64,000 bases of DNA from Mytilus californianus (taxonomy: Eukaryota), in contig NW_026262701.1 in assembly GCF_021869535.1 (NCBI RefSeq), positions 35,402,001 to 35,466,000 of the forward strand, in the 5' to 3' direction. How positions within the stretch are numbered: position 1 is the stretch's first letter; the number at the start of each line of letters is the position of its first letter. The notes under the pieces are model-generated. The model did no database searches and was not told the DNA's origin. It saw only the letters and a list, made by a program, of their open reading frames with translations. Positions 23,169 to 38,300 of this stretch are shown piece after piece. Both the position numbers and the translations under genes were made by a program.

Positions 23169-25905
23169 GTCGTATTTTTGAAGACCCAACCTCGATTATA
23201 GAAATAGTTCGCTATTGTTGGTTCGTTTCTGTCAAATTACTTCACTAACCCTTTATCAATCTTACTAAATAACTTTTCTTTTTTGTGTCATATATTTGTT
23301 TTAGTGTTAGGGATCGTTTTTAGAAATGAGTGTACGAAATGAACACCACAGTTAAACGAGACACCAAGCTTATATAGCTTGTGGCATGGAAACACATATT
23401 TCTTCATAAAAAGCTTGAAAATACATCCTATAGAAAGTAAAATCGCTACTGTTAATTATTATTGATTTTTTTTTTTTTTTTTTTTTTTGTAGAGAGGGTA
23501 ACTTCTGAATGAAATCGAAGCGGCTGACCTTCAACAATGAAGAACTACAGATAATAATAATTGTAGCCTATACAAATGTAGTCACATATCAAGTACCACA
23601 GATGTCAATGACCCCTTTCTGCTATGGAAGGAAATGTGAGATACTGTATAGCTGCTTATGTCATTGAGCAAATGAGAACGAATGAAAAACCAAGAAAAAA
23701 ATCAGTTTGGGTTAATACTCTACCTTAACCTGAAACATTTAAAAAAAAAATATGTATGTATTTAAAGAAAAGAGGTCTTGAGTGCCAATAAATATTTTAT
23801 AAGCAGATTAATTCCGTTTAAAATGCCATGTTTTATCTTCAGTTTTGGTTTATATTTTATTCAATGCCAACAATATCTACTCTGATTACTTTTATCAACA
23901 CTTTTAATAACCATGTACAAACGGTATTAACGAGAAACCTATATAAAGAATATCGGTCCAATTATAATTTCACACGTCCTAATTCAATTCATTTTGTTAA
24001 TGCAATACACATTCACTTGTAATTTTCCTAAGATGGAATTATGATGTGATTCTTTAATTTATTTTTAATGTAAATAAACTCTGCCTTAGGTCGTATGACA
24101 ATACTAATATTACAAACAGTTCATGTGTCTATTCATAGTTTAAGAATATATTTGTGTTGAAATTGAAATATCTAATATCTTACCTCTGGCATCTTTTTAG
24201 TTTATTACCTTATTTAACCCGATTTGAAGTTTAAAATTACTTTTTATACATGTATCTTTCTGTTATATCCTTCTATTTCTGGCCTCAGAATTTGCTAAAA
24301 TTATCTGTATACAACTAATATGTGTTGTTGTTTTTACTATTATCATTAATATTACATGTGTATTATCATCATGCATATACTTATAATTGATGCATGCAAC
24401 TGCACTGTGTCAACTTAAAATTCACTCGTAAAGTACAAGACGGATGACACAAGAAAAAGACTTATTTTTTTAATTCTGTGAATTTTCTATCTTTTAATGT
24501 GAAAATTGATTTCAACCCCAACAATTTGATTTCCAGATGTGGAGGAGAAAAGAGATATATTTCCGAGCAAAAATATGATGATAGAACAGATAACATGTAT
24601 TAATTTCTAGTGTAAAGTTTTTTTAAATTTTATTTCAAACTTTTTTAGAGCAAGTAATCAGTTACAACATACCCATAATAGGGGGCTAGTGTAGCAACTG
24701 GACATATCAACAGTTTACATTAGGATCATACTAGGCAGACATGATGATGTTGCAAAAAAGCAAACTTTGCCCGTATCATGTACAGCAATATTCATTAAAT
24801 TATTCATTAAATTTTCGCCAAAAATTAAGCATTTTTTAGCATGAATGGAACATAAATTTGCTATTTCAGCCTTCAATTTCTAATGAAATAATTAAGTATT
24901 GAACTAATATAATTTGATATGAAATTATGTTTTATTACTGTCAATAAACTTTACCCCAAATCTACTTTCATTTGAATTCCCTATTAATAGTACAATGAAG
25001 AAAGAAAAACTTGACTCACATATTGTCTGTCAAAAAGGAAAAGTAAAATTAAAGATCTGTATCTATGATAAGTCCGGAATTGAAAACGTGATTGGGAGCG
25101 ATTTAGATCCTATCATATACCCAGTGTATGTAATAAATTTTTGGTGAAACGAACATTTGTAATCTGATATAAAGGTTTTTACGTCAGCTTAGTACTTAAA
25201 GGTCGCAAATTTGGCAATAACTTTAGAGGCTGATAGGTTTAAAAGGTTATATTCTAGTCATTCAGGTGCTTAATTTAAGCCAAAAGACAACGGATGCGAA
25301 TAGTGGAGCAGCATCTGTTTACCCTTCCGGAGCACGAGATCACCTCAAATTCTTTTGATGTTGCTCAGTCTGTAGTTTTTTAAGTAGAGTTAGTGTCTTG
25401 TGAACTTGTTTATCTTTAAGTGGTCTTTCGTGTTTTGCATTGGCGTTGTCAGTTTCTCTAGACTGTTGAATTTTGCATGTCCCAATGGTATCATCCGCTT
25501 CTTTTTTAAAAACTTTTATTATGAATTCTTATGCTCTATTTGTGCATGTTGCTATATCAATACAATAGCGTGGACCACGAAACACGGCTATAATGAGCAA
25601 GAATATCAACTGCCAGCTACATTTTTCATTAAAATATATTGAAAGTTGTGGAAAAGTTAATTACAAAATGTTGACCATTAAAATCAATTAATTCATTAAG
25701 GCATGCTACTACTTTAAAGATGACAGACATTTTTTTTTTGACAAAGAACTCTTTGCACTTTTTCATCCAAAAGCATATTCCACCGCCAATGCATACTAAT
25801 GTCGATTGAAAGAGCTATATATATATACATGCACTGTGTTACAACTCTAGATTCTACTGACGAGGAAAGGTAACAATAGGCCACCGAAATCTGAATTTTT
25901 TAGTT

Positions 25906-26080
25906 CAGTCTAGGTGGCCGAGTGGCCTAGAGCGCTGGACACAGTGCAGGCGGTGTTGTCACGATATCCCAATAGCATGAGTTCGAATCCCGACGAGGGA
26001 AGAACAAAAATTTGCTTCCGCAAAATTTGCAGATTTAACATTGTTGTGCTGATATTTAGAGTAATTACGAATATATATAT
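25906..26080 (+). mobile_element. tRNA-derived SINE of a different family, with AT tail
   Basis: A box TGGCCGAGTGG at 25915-25925, B box gagttcgaatccc at about 25979-25991; the spacing does not give a cloverleaf. Confidence 0.7.
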
Positions 26081-26087
26081 TTATAAT

Positions 26088-26294
26088 CTGAAAATTCAGA
26101 AATTATTGCGTGCATTTATTATTACGATTTTTGAAAAATTGACATAACTGTGAGATAAATTTTTGCGATTTCAGGAAAATCTGCATACAGATATATGTAT
26201 CAGATATCAGAATGCGAATTCTTTTTATTGTGATATTTACCCAGTCGCATTTTTCGCATTAATGAAAACCTCGCAATAATTTCTGAATTTACAG
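26088..26294. mobile_element. About 210-bp TIR MITE in TA/AT-repeat context, copy 1
   Basis: ctgaaaattcagaaattattgcg ... cgcaataatttctgaatttacag (23-bp TIR, 1 mismatch), next to the SINE AT tail. Confidence 0.85.
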
Positions 26295-29200
26295 TATATA
26301 TATATATGAAATTGCTGTTAAGTCCTTGAAAAATCGCAATATTGATTACTTCCAAGCTCCCTTACATACATATCTCCAAGAATATATGCAATAATCGACG
26401 ATCCCCTGGTTGATTTTGTTTTATATATTCTATGTGATATGGAATGTAACGTTGAAACACATAGTCTATATTGAATATATTTACTGCCATAATCCGCTCT
26501 AATTTCTTGATTTAAAATTAGAATTGCATTTCTTTCTTTATTAATCTTTATATAAATAAAATCAGGATTAAAATATATGTTTGTTACATAGACCGTACGA
26601 ATAACAACGATTTATTAAGTCTGGAAAATAGAGTCCGTTTCGGACGAAAATTAAATCTTACCAGCAATAATGAATAAACGCGTAAAGTCGCATCACTGCA
26701 CTTACAGTTTGTCTAATACTTTATACTAAACATCAAGCTGTTTGTCCCTTAGTAACCTTTAAATATTATATGCTTTATTAAAACTATTATATCATATGTG
26801 GATGTTGGTATACACGAAAGGAGACAGTAACCCAACAACGCCATAAACTAAATGACATGAATGGTTCACTCGAATATCGTAAAGTAACATGTAGATTTAA
26901 CGAAAATTTGTGAATTATGTTTTTAAGATCTACAGTATGTTAGAGCGTTTATGTGAATTCCGTTCTCCTTTAACTCAAGAATTTCCTTATATGTATTAAA
27001 TCACACAGCAATTACGGGAATAGGGAAATATTCTACAATCGTCTATAAAAAGTACACTTTCAGTTTACAAAAACATATCAAAAGCAACATTAAAACGTAG
27101 AAGTATGTAAAGGTTGATGATATAAAATAGTTATTGTCATTTTATTACTACAAATTGCTTCAGTGATAATTTTCTATCTTAAAAAGACAATCATCACGGT
27201 TGTAAAGTTAGATCTGCAGGGTAGGTAACAGTCACTGGGTTATACTCATTTGCATATTTAATGCAACTTTAAAGGTAACATTTAACATATAGATGTCATA
27301 TCTATCAAAGTTAATTTACAGTCATTATTAAGAACAACGTCTGATCTTTTTTTATTTTATTTTTTGAAGTACATTAACTTTAAAAATTTGGTTTGTTTTC
27401 AAAGAGATCATAAAGAAACAATTTTACGAAACAGTCATCGAAAGTGTCATTTTAAATATTATTGCTTATGATTTCTCAAGCCAGGTCACTTATCTTTAAT
27501 ATTTGATTAACATTAAAATTAAGTTTGCTAATAATAACGTTCATGTTTACGAATAAGATTAAAGAATGTTCATCTCATCAAAAACTTTTATAGTGTTAAT
27601 TTGAAATATTGCTAAACGAATATTTGATCTACGCCACATGTACAGAAACCTCTAAAATGAAAAATATAAGGTATATAGTGGTAAATAAACATCCAAAGGG
27701 AAGTTATCTTTTTTATGGCTGATTATCGCTGGCCTTTTCAATATCTAATACATCTTCCTGTTAGCCTTTTGAGATTAGTGCTCACTCGCATTATCAATGT
27801 ATGAAAGGTACTTGTCGACGTGTCGACTGACTTATGGTTTTCCTAGAGGTTGCCAATTATAGGCGCTGTAGTGCAAACGTTTTGAACAACTCTTAGAAAT
27901 GAATATCCCAACAAGAAGTTTCTACCAGATAAATGTATCATATATGTTTTTGTGCCGAATAGGCAATGTTAATATTACATTAAATAAAACTAGTGGTCTG
28001 ATAATTTTAAAGATATTTAAAGGGCTGGACTATACATATATGCAAGATAAGCTGATTTGTATAGTGTGTTGTTATGTTGCGCTGTTAAACCATTGTCCCA
28101 GGTAAGAATGTAGGTTTATTTCCCATGTAAGGAGCTTGTAAATCACTGGCTGTCGTTGGTTGCTGTCTGTGATATATGTTTTGTCATTAATTCTTCTGTA
28201 CATAAATCAGGTCGTTTTGGTCTTTGGTGGATATCTGTCTCATTGGCAATCATACCACATCTTCTTATATATTTATTGATTAATTATTTTTAGGATGCAT
28301 GAAAACAGGTTTTCCAGTCGGTTTGGCTGTTCTGATTTGATCCTTTTGTTTTTGTTTTTTTGCTCTCAAAAGTTTCAAATTTGTACCTTTCCAAACCTTC
28401 TGTCTCTTGTGTACCTCATGACGATTATTCCAGTAACAAGTGTCATGCGTATGCAAATGACATCATGCTTCTAAACAGGCTTTTTTCAAAGGAAAACACA
28501 CCCTCTATTTAAATAGTTGCTTCATTGTTAATGCTTGATATGCCGGGTTTTGAGGGTGTGCGATATGAACAAAAATTCAATATTCTTTTAAAAAAAAAAT
28601 GCAAACTACTTACGAATGGAACTTGACGGTCAACAATACGTTTCATCCCCGATTTAACATAACTGGTAAGTTAGTAAGTAATTATTTATTATAGTGACAT
28701 TTGTATCATTACATACATTTATACAAGTATATACATAGAAATTTGATATTGGTAAGTAAAATAACAAAGAGCTTTAACTGGAAAAACAAATATCCTGACA
28801 CCTATCGATACTTCTTAAGTAATTTCATAATTACAGAAACGTAATATTTCAAATTGCCGAACTTCACAAAGAGTTAACATTTTATAATGCTTTTTCAATT
28901 AACCAAAATGTTTATATATTATATATCAAAGAATCGCAACACCTCACGAAGCTATAGTAAAACGATTTTTTTTTTATCCTACCATTATTTCTTCATTAAA
29001 AGAAGTAGTTTGCACGCAGGTGAAAAATATTTTCTCAGCACTGAATGGTTAGGACCACCAAGCAGTTTGTCCCTTCGTAACCTTTAAATATCATATGCCT
29101 TATTAAAACTATAATTACTTACAGAATGAAAAAATATTAAATTTAAATACGAAATATTATACATCCTTTCAAAAACTTTGAACTTAAATATTATACAATG

Positions 29201-32200
29201 AAGTATCTCTAAGTACTTATTTTAAGTGGTTTTAGGGATAATTAATATATTCATCAGGATTTAAGTGGCACTAATTAAGGGCTAAAACTTGAAGGAGTGA
29301 CCAAATGTATTTACCAGTAATACTGTTATATATAGTTGAGAAGTTTAAATCTATTTAAGATAGGTTATTCGCAGATTTAGAGATAAATGATTGGTTTCAT
29401 TCATATAAGCAAAAGTGCTTAAACTCTGATATGAAATTACGCAGTAAACATATGATTTTAGTTTGATCAAGAAGCTATGCTTCGCCAGAGAAAATGATTT
29501 GAATGATTTTTTTCTGGTTTGTTCAAAAATGCTTCCAAATTAAATGAAGATAGAATATTTTGTGCGTTTCTTACTTCACATACAAAAGAACAAAAATATT
29601 ATTTTTACAGTTGTTTAAAAAAAAAGAAATAAAGAAATGACAGTACGGGACATTAATAAATTTTCATCCTTTTGTTAATCCGCTTCTGGCTATTTGAAAA
29701 AGATTTTTTTTAATTGCTGTTGGTTTTTTTCATATTATCATCTTGCGTTAATGTTTTCTGTACATTATGGAAAGTAAATACTTATTTTTAAATTTACTTT
29801 TTTTTGGTCTGACCACACGCGATGAAACCACACATTGATCTTTGTATACAGAAAAAAGAAAAACTTACTATGAAACATACCCTATATATACATATGGCTT
29901 ATTATCAAATATTTTCTGAAGCACTCCATGCATGTACTCTATCCGTCATTCGTGTTGTCACTTTTTCTTGTCAATGACATGTAATCTTAGACTGTGAGCT
30001 AGAAAACAGAAAAAAAAGCTTGTGAATGTCGGAAGTTCAATTTGTTGATATCAAAGCACAACTGCAAAGAACAGCCATGGTAACTACACGTGGTCAGACC
30101 ACTAACACTTACATCTACACACTTATTATTCTATACTGTGTCTTAGTTGTTATTGGCTTTGAATTAGCTGTCAGTAACTGCGAGTTCTCAAATCTGTACT
30201 TAGTGTCTTTTTTGTTGTGGGGATATACAAGTACCCTGCCACGTCGGATCTGTGTTTTTGTAAGATGTATTCGGCTTTGTATCGATCTGAAAAGTTCAGC
30301 CCTTTTCAACTGATTTTTAAAGTTTGTTCTTATGTTGTACTGTTACACCATTGACCAAAGTTAGGGGAGGGTTGGCGCCTTCAAACTAGTTTAACCCTGC
30401 CACATTCTGTATGTGCCTGTCCCAAGTCAGGAACTTGTAATTCGGTGGTTGTAATTTGTTACTGTGTCATATCTGTTTTTCGTTAATTATTTTGTATTTA
30501 AATCAGGCCGTTTGTTTTCTCATTTGAGTCGGTTTACATTTGTCATTTCGTGGCCTTTTATAGCTGACTATGTGGTATGGGCTTTGCTTATTGTTGAAGC
30601 CCGTACTGTGACCTGTAATGCATGAGAATGTCATTTGGTCTCTGGTGGAGAGTTGCCTCATTGGCAGTTATACCACATCTTCTTATTTTTGAATTATATG
30701 GAAAACAGTTTTTTTTCAGAAGATTTAATATTATGTAAAAGAAAGGATTTAGTATATTTATTCATGACAAAAGTCCTTACACACGCTTGACAAGACCAAA
30801 GGTATGACTGCTTTCCATTCATTGGCATTTGATCTTGAAACCTAGGACTGTTTAATACCTCAGTGCAGGCATCTAGAAAGTTGATTCTTTTGTGCTATTT
30901 TGATCTTTGACTTCTGACGTCCTTACCAGACTAAGTATAAAAGGTAAGCTTGGTGAAAGTTTGAGCCTGTTGACGTTGGTGCCTTAAACATCATTGCATA
31001 GTAATACATTTGTGAAATCGGCTTTTGTCGACTGGTTTTAAAAACTATTTCTGCATGTAACAATTGCAAACTAAAACGAATTTATAAAATCTGTGATGGA
31101 ATCGGTATAAATAAGACAAGGTAAAGACATGTTTACTAGCAAAAACGCTTTCCATGTCACGAAATGTTTTGTTTACCATCTGTCCTTGACATTCAAAATA
31201 GACAGTATGAAATATGGTCAAACTGTTGCTAAAGTACAATCATGTCTATGTACATTAGTACTTCCATTGTACTTTGTTTTGTTTTTTTTTTATCTAAAAC
31301 ATATGCATTCTATTTAGTACAAATACATTTTAATGAAATTAGCCAGATCAGCATTTAGTAGTTGCAAGTACAAAAATTATCAAGACTATTCGAATATATG
31401 TAAGATGACATTTAAAATCTTTACAATTTTGTTACTAGATAGTTAAACTTACCCCTAATTTGAAATATTAGTTTAAATTCTTAGGTAAACATGCACATTC
31501 AATACACATCCAAATGATTTATATATATTGATGTCATGTAAATAAAAGATTAAATTTTAAACAATCCTTCAACACTTTGTATCCAGTCGAGCGTGAACCA
31601 TTTAACCTCTCTATCTACTTTACTTAGTAAGGGCTCAAATTGTTTTTGAAATCCAACTTCTTAAATGTACAGTCTAAAAATTTTCGTGTTTTCATTCCAT
31701 TTGCTTCGGAACAACGGTCAAGTTAAAGTACCAAGGGTTGTTTTCATTTATAAATAGGTATAAAATCCTATTGAAATGTACCATAAAGAAAAGGTTAAGA
31801 ATTTATTTACAAAGCTTTATCCGGATTTATGCGTCGATTGATATTTGCTTTCTTTATGTGTCTCATCTTTGAAGATTTTGTCATAAATTTAAATTTTAAT
31901 TGGTACTATTTTAATTTAACTATTGTTATTTTTGAGGGATGACAGGTTTATCATCCGGTGGTCAACATTCAAGTGGAAAATCTTTTTATTGGTTGCTTAA
32001 TACGATATTTAGACTAATTTTACTGGACATTCCTGTCCGCTTACCCGGAAATCTAAACAGTTCAAAAGGATTAGTTTTGCAATTTGTGAAGTTCAATATT
32101 GAAATATGTGTGAATCCTATAACTTATTGTTCATCCTAGTCACCGACTATTCATTTTAGTGGGGACATGGATTTTTTCTTGGACAACATTTTTCTCTCAA

Positions 32201-32389
32201 CTTTAACAAAAAAAAAATAATAACAAAATTTTCAATAAAATATAAGATCAAGAATTGTTTTGAAACACAGTATTTGTGAATTAATATTGTCACGTGATTT
32301 TCAATGGAATCAAACTATTTAGTTTCACTTTCCATCTGAACTTTGTTTTTTTAACCATTTAGAATCAAACTGTTGATTACAAAAATATG

Positions 32390-32408
32390 CACACACCCCC
32401 CCCCCCCC

Positions 32409-32452
<44 letters not shown>
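32390..32452. repeat. Poly-C run plus (AC)n microsatellite
   Basis: Directly visible. Confidence 0.95.
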
Positions 32453-33602
32453 TTATATGAATAGTCGGTCTCTCAGTACCACATTTCGATTACTCTCCAT
32501 GGACACAACAGCATGGCAACATTCCCTTGTTAATATTTACAATTACCAAGGAGTTTATATAAGATATAATTTATAACTTCCTTGATATTAGAATGTCTAA
32601 TTCGACGCAAAACCACTTATCTTATAGTGGGATCATGTTTTTCTATATGTACTAGAATACATTTTTTTCATGTTCATGATATAAGAAAAATGCACCATCT
32701 TTTTGAAATTTCAAATAAGTATACTATATGTTAACGTAACAAACTAATTTACCAAAAAATATAAATATATTATTCATTTAAAAAAAACCACTTTATTTAA
32801 CATTTATGTTTATAGAAATTTTAAATTGCATCTAAATGAAATAAAATGAACGAACGATTTTTATTTTGTGACCTGTGCATTGTAATGTGCATTCCAGTCG
32901 TAAGATTGTAACGAAATCCTTTAATCAGATTGTAAATCAAATAACCACACAGTATAGATAAGCCCCTGTAGTATTCACAAATACATTTTATTTCATTTTG
33001 GCAATTTTTACCTCTGCATTATATTGAGCTAACTTCTCAGTTCACAGTCACCAAGTACATGACGTATATACTCAGTCTTGTTTTAATTTACCAATGTAAA
33101 AACAGAATAGAAAATTCTGACCGGATTTATAGATTTGAAAGGTGAACTGATAAATTTGAATTGATAAATATATGTCGACATGAGATTTGTATGTAAGCAT
33201 TTTAAGGTCAAACAACAAAATGCGAGAAAAAAATCGATATTGGTTTTTGCACATTAAAAAGTAACCTTCACAATATCGTTATACATATACATACATACGT
33301 AGGTGCATCAACTGTTCTTTTCAATTTAAAATATCTTCTCAGCTTATAATAAAGTTTATTTCACTCAACCTTTGATTTGTAACAAAACAACTTGCTTCAC
33401 ACTAGCTCAAACACGACAACAATACTGTTCTTGAGTGAAATAATTTAAAGAAAACCAAGCAATTTTTTCAGGCCGTACGGTGACCTATAGAAGTGGAGAG
33501 ATGTGGATTGATTGCCAAAGGGACACTATCCAACAGAGTCTAAATGAAGCGGGTTTAAGCAACTATGGGCCACCATACGGATTTCAAAAATGAGCTAAAT
33601 CA

Positions 33603-33725
33603 TACTGTATATTCAGTAGATAAATGGTACTGTATATTCAGTTAAGATAAATGGTACTGTATATTCAGTTAAGATAAATGGTACTGTATATTCAGTTAAT
33701 ATAAATGGTACTGTATATTCAGTTA
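33603..33725. repeat. 27-bp minisatellite, about 4.5 copies
   Basis: Unit tactgtatattcagttaagataaatgg. Confidence 0.95.
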
Positions 33726-34080
33726 TAGTTATAGACAGTGACATGACAAAATGTGAAACAGTTGAAACGATAAAAAAAGCCTTATGAGCATGTGCTCTCA
33801 ACCCTCCCCTTACTCTGGGACAGTAGTGTAAGAGCACAAACATAAGAACTAACTGTTAAAATCAGATAAAAATGACTTGACTCATCAGATCTGCAAGAAG
33901 CACAAAAACAACTATCATAAAATAAAAGACAAAACATTCAATCTATCATGCTCGTAATTACTGAAAGCTAGAAGAAAGTCAAAACTTGTAAATAAATCAT
34001 GTTCTTTCAAGCTTTCAATAAGTACACAGCGAAGAATGCCAAGATAATTGAAGGCTTAATCTCAAATATAATTTACAGAA

Positions 34081-34758
34081 AATGTAGCTCAACAGTCACA
34101 TAGATACGGACGAGACAGAAAGTTCAGCTCAACAGTCACATAGATATGGACGACACGGAAAGTTCAGCTCAACAGTCATATAGATATGGACCATACAGAA
34201 AGTTCAGCTCAACAGTTACTTAGATATGGACGACACAGAAAGTTCAGCTCAACAGTAACATAGATATGGACGAGACAGAAAGTTCAGCTCAACAGTCACA
34301 TAGATATGGACGACACAGAAAGTTCAGCTCAACAGTCATATAGATATGGACGAGACAGAAAGTTCAGCTCAACAGTCACATAGATATGGACCTAACAGAA
34401 AGTTCAGCTCAACAGTCACATAGATATGGACGAGACAGAAAGTTCAGCTCAACAGTCACATAGATATGGACGACACAGAAAGTTCAGCTCAACAGTCATA
34501 TAGATATGGACGACACAGAAAGTTCAGCTCAGCAGTCACATAGATATGGACGACACAGAAAGTTCAGCCCAACAGTCATATAGATATGGACGACACAGAA
34601 AGTTCAGCCCAACAGTCATATAGATATGGACGAGACAGAAAGTTCAGCTCAACAGTCACATAGATATGGACGAGACAGAAAGTTCAGCTCAACAGTCACA
34701 TAGATATGGACGACACAGAAAGTTCATCTCAACAGTCACATAGATATGGACGACACAG
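34081..34758. repeat. 40-bp minisatellite, 17 copies
   Basis: Unit agttcagctcaacagtcacatagatatggacgacacagaa with an exact 40-bp period. Confidence 0.97.
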
Positions 34759-35689
34759 CCAATCTTTATACATCATGTCTACTTGTTGAGTATGCTATGG
34801 ACTGTAACCTAAATTTACTAATGCAGATACAGCGATCTTTTTTAAATTTCATAACTAGATCATAAGTTTCGGATGAAATGTGTATTATAACCGTTTCCGT
34901 CGTTTGATTGTGTAATAAAGGCATGGAAACAATTGTATCCTCACTATTGTGAACGCAGCGTAGTTGCTGAGCTTACTTTATAGCTATGCTTAGTTCATAT
35001 TATTTAGGTCTGAGTTTGCAGAAACCGATGTTTATTCCAATATCATGCAGTTATACAGTGTATTTGGAAGTAAAACTGTGCATTGGCGAAATGGTATCTT
35101 AAACAAGTTATGTTGACCTTTTAGTCGCACCTGTTATTTGAAATACTTATCTAAAACGTTATTGGCTTTATTTTTCTAGTCCTTTAATGAACTGTACGAT
35201 TCTGTTGACTTTTCAATATAAGGTCTACTTTTAATTCACCTGTCAATTTCTAACTAAAACCACTTTTATACCAAGAACAAACAAGTCACCTTTATTGTAA
35301 ACCAGTGGTGGTTGTTCATTCCGGATTTGTACAAAAGTAATTTGGGAAATTTAATTTTGTTTATTTGCCTTATATATAATGGATACGGCGTCGGACTGCT
35401 TTTTATCAAAAATTGTTTATCTTATGTCGTTTACTTTATATTGACCATCGTATTGTAATTAACTTTTTAATTTAAATCTCAGAGATCAAAATTATATGGA
35501 ATTAAAGACTAAAAAGACTGTTCGTGCACATCTACAGTGCTTTATGTATAATTTCAGCTTTTTATTCACGCTTATGAGTACATTGTATGTCTAATATACT
35601 ATTCAATTTGTTTAATAGAGGAATACAATTAATGGTCTGCAGGGTCAAGTTTTCCCTATGATACATTACCATAATGAATTCATACAAAG

Positions 35690-36268
35690 TGTTTTCTGTA
35701 GTGAAGTTGTAATTGTGTTTTATGTAGTGTTGAAATAATGGTGTTTTCTGCAATTTTGTAGTAATGGTTTTCTGTAGTGTTGTAGTAATAATGGTGTATG
35801 TGGTGTAGTAGAAATGGTGTTTTGTATAGTGTTGTAGTTATGATGTTTGATGTAGAGTAATAGTAATAGTGGTTTCTGTAGTTATGGTGTTTTCTGTGGT
35901 GTTGTATTTATGATTTGTTTGTAGTGTGGTGTTTTATTAAGTGTTGTTGTAATAATAGTGATTTATGAAGTGTTGTAGTAATAGCGTTTTATGTAGTGTT
36001 GTGATGATGGTGTCTTGTGTAGTGCTGGAGTAATCAGATGTTTTATGTAGTGTATTTAGTAATGTTTTTTTCTGTAGTATTGTAGTAATGGTTTTTTCTG
36101 TAGTATTGTAGTAATGGTTTTTTCTGTAGTATTGTAGTAATGGTTTTTTCTGTAGTATTGTAGTAATGTTTTTTTCTGTAGTATTGTAGTAATGGTTTTT
36201 CTGTAGTATTGTAGTAATGGTTTTTTATGTAGTGTTTAAGTAATGGTGCTATCTGTAATGTTGTAGTA
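35690..36268. repeat. Degenerate TGTAG-rich tandem array with a homogeneous ~25-27 bp block (about 36060-36230)
   Basis: Repeated ttttctgtagtattgtagtaatg units. Confidence 0.9.
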
Positions 36269-37983
36269 ATGATAACCTACTGAAATGTAAAAATAGCTTA
36301 TTGCGGACGTGTAGACAAGTACTGCATGTACAAGATGTCGAAACAATAATGTAAAATAAAAAAAATAAACGAGTTTGTCACCGATATACTTATAAACATG
36401 CATACCTATAAAATGCTCAGGTCTTCAAGTATATAGTTTTACGGGACAAAGTCGTTTGTTACACGTGATAAAACTATTGTAAATGATATAGTTGCATAAT
36501 ATGTTGTAGGTGATATAAAAGATAGGATTGTTCTATATTCAAACCATTCAGGAAAGTTTTTTAAACAGGAAATACATGTGTTATTTCGTTTTTCGGATTA
36601 CTAGACACATGGCATTTTTAAAAAGATTACTTTGATAATCTAAACAAACAAAAAAAGAATTTCTACGAACCAAATTTTTCCTATTTCATCGCGATGATAC
36701 GGGGAAAAATTATTTGGCATTTGCAAGCTTGCATTTTGATATGTGGTTGTGTATGTAAAAAATATACCTACGCTATATATCTTTTGTTTTATTAACCTTG
36801 TATTGTCGATTTCCACCTAAGCATATTCCAACTTTTTCTACTAACAAACTGATTTCGTGACTACTTTAAGGAAATCACTTATACCTGGCAACTAATACAT
36901 CTCCGAGGGCTAACTAAAGAAATCCAATCCATAAAACCTCCAAGAGATCATTATATATTCAGATTATTAAATTCCTGTCATTTATTTTGATAATAATTTG
37001 AAGCGGTAATTTTTCCTTCTGTACGTAGTAAAACCATTTCGAACTACCTTGACTAAATTAAGTGGCATTAAAGTCTTTTATTTTCTTTTAAAATCGTCTA
37101 TACTATTTGATCTTGGTGATTTTTAAACGATTTTCAATTACATATCGTTTTTGAAAACTACCGATTTGTATAAATTGATTTTAAGCGATAAAACTGTTAA
37201 TGTCTTTTTGGAAATGAAATTTCATTTATACAATGTTGTAACACAAATGACTTTATGGAGAATTTACAGAATCTAATTTAAATCCTTGATATGCCATATA
37301 TTAAGTTTCGTGTCCAGATAATAGGTTTAAAAGGTCATAAAGTTGAAAAACCAACATGTTGTTCCATTTATGACAGAGCAATTTTTTCAAGTTTGTATTT
37401 CAAATACGCAAATCGGGTTTTATGGGATTTTTGAAAAATCACATTTCACATGAATTATTCTTTTCATCCCAAATGCTGCTTGCTATCCTTAAAGTATTAA
37501 AAGTAGCAAGTAACATTTGATTATCTTTAGATTGACAGCAAGTACACATATAAGTTTTGATCAGTGGATGATATTTAAGATACAGTTTAACGAGTTACAA
37601 GTTATTACTTCATTCTTTCTTTGATATCTTCCGCCTCTATTTTATAAAAGTTTGGAAGGGATCAGAATCTGTAAGTGCCCCATATACAATGTGGGGGTGC
37701 TGACTTTGGACCTTCAGTGTAGCAACCCTATACCTAATCAGATGAAAAAGATAACCACAGGAATGAATTGGAAATTGCACGTGTGAAAAGGTCTAGTACT
37801 AGTAGTATATTATTAGTAAACTGCCTGCTTCGTACAATCTGGTAATATGAAAGTGTTCTAAACAAGTCAAGTTAATATTAATAATATACATATATAAGTA
37901 TATAGATAATTGACCAATGTGTAACTTATTTTTTCAACTCCATGGATTGCTTTATATAGCTCACAACACTAGACAAAATACCT

Positions 37984-38300
37984 TTATTGGGATCTAAGAT
38001 AAGAGTTTGAGTCAAGCTGGTTAAAATTATGATAATGGGTTTTAATTGCATTTATAAGTGGTTTTCTAATATTACTGATGATTTGGCAATGAAGGAAAAA
38101 GTGTTTCTCATCATTTAAAATTTTGCAAACTTTACACACTCTATGGTCTCTTGGAATTTTCTTTCTTTCAATTTCCAAGTTATGGTCACTTATACGGAAT
38201 GTTGTTAAAAGTTGACGACTATTAATTTTTTTTAGATTGTGCAAGTGGTCTTCCAGTTTAATTTCATTTTTAAGTTTACTATATACAACTAATATTACAA
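37984..38300 (-). mobile_element. Non-LTR retrotransposon (LINE) ORF2 C-terminal relic
   Basis: FRISDHNLEIER..IPRDHRVCKVC...DEKHFFLHC is the typical C-terminal CCHC-like end of LINE ORF2; no RT domain upstream. Confidence 0.75.

Noticed and set aside
23466-23690. Poly-T tract plus AG resembling a plus-strand acceptor
   Set aside because: No open frame, donor or partner exon could be supported.
33613-33843. ORF with TEYTVPFIL repeats (also ORF 20651..20863)
   Set aside because: Translation of minisatellites; no splice or domain support.
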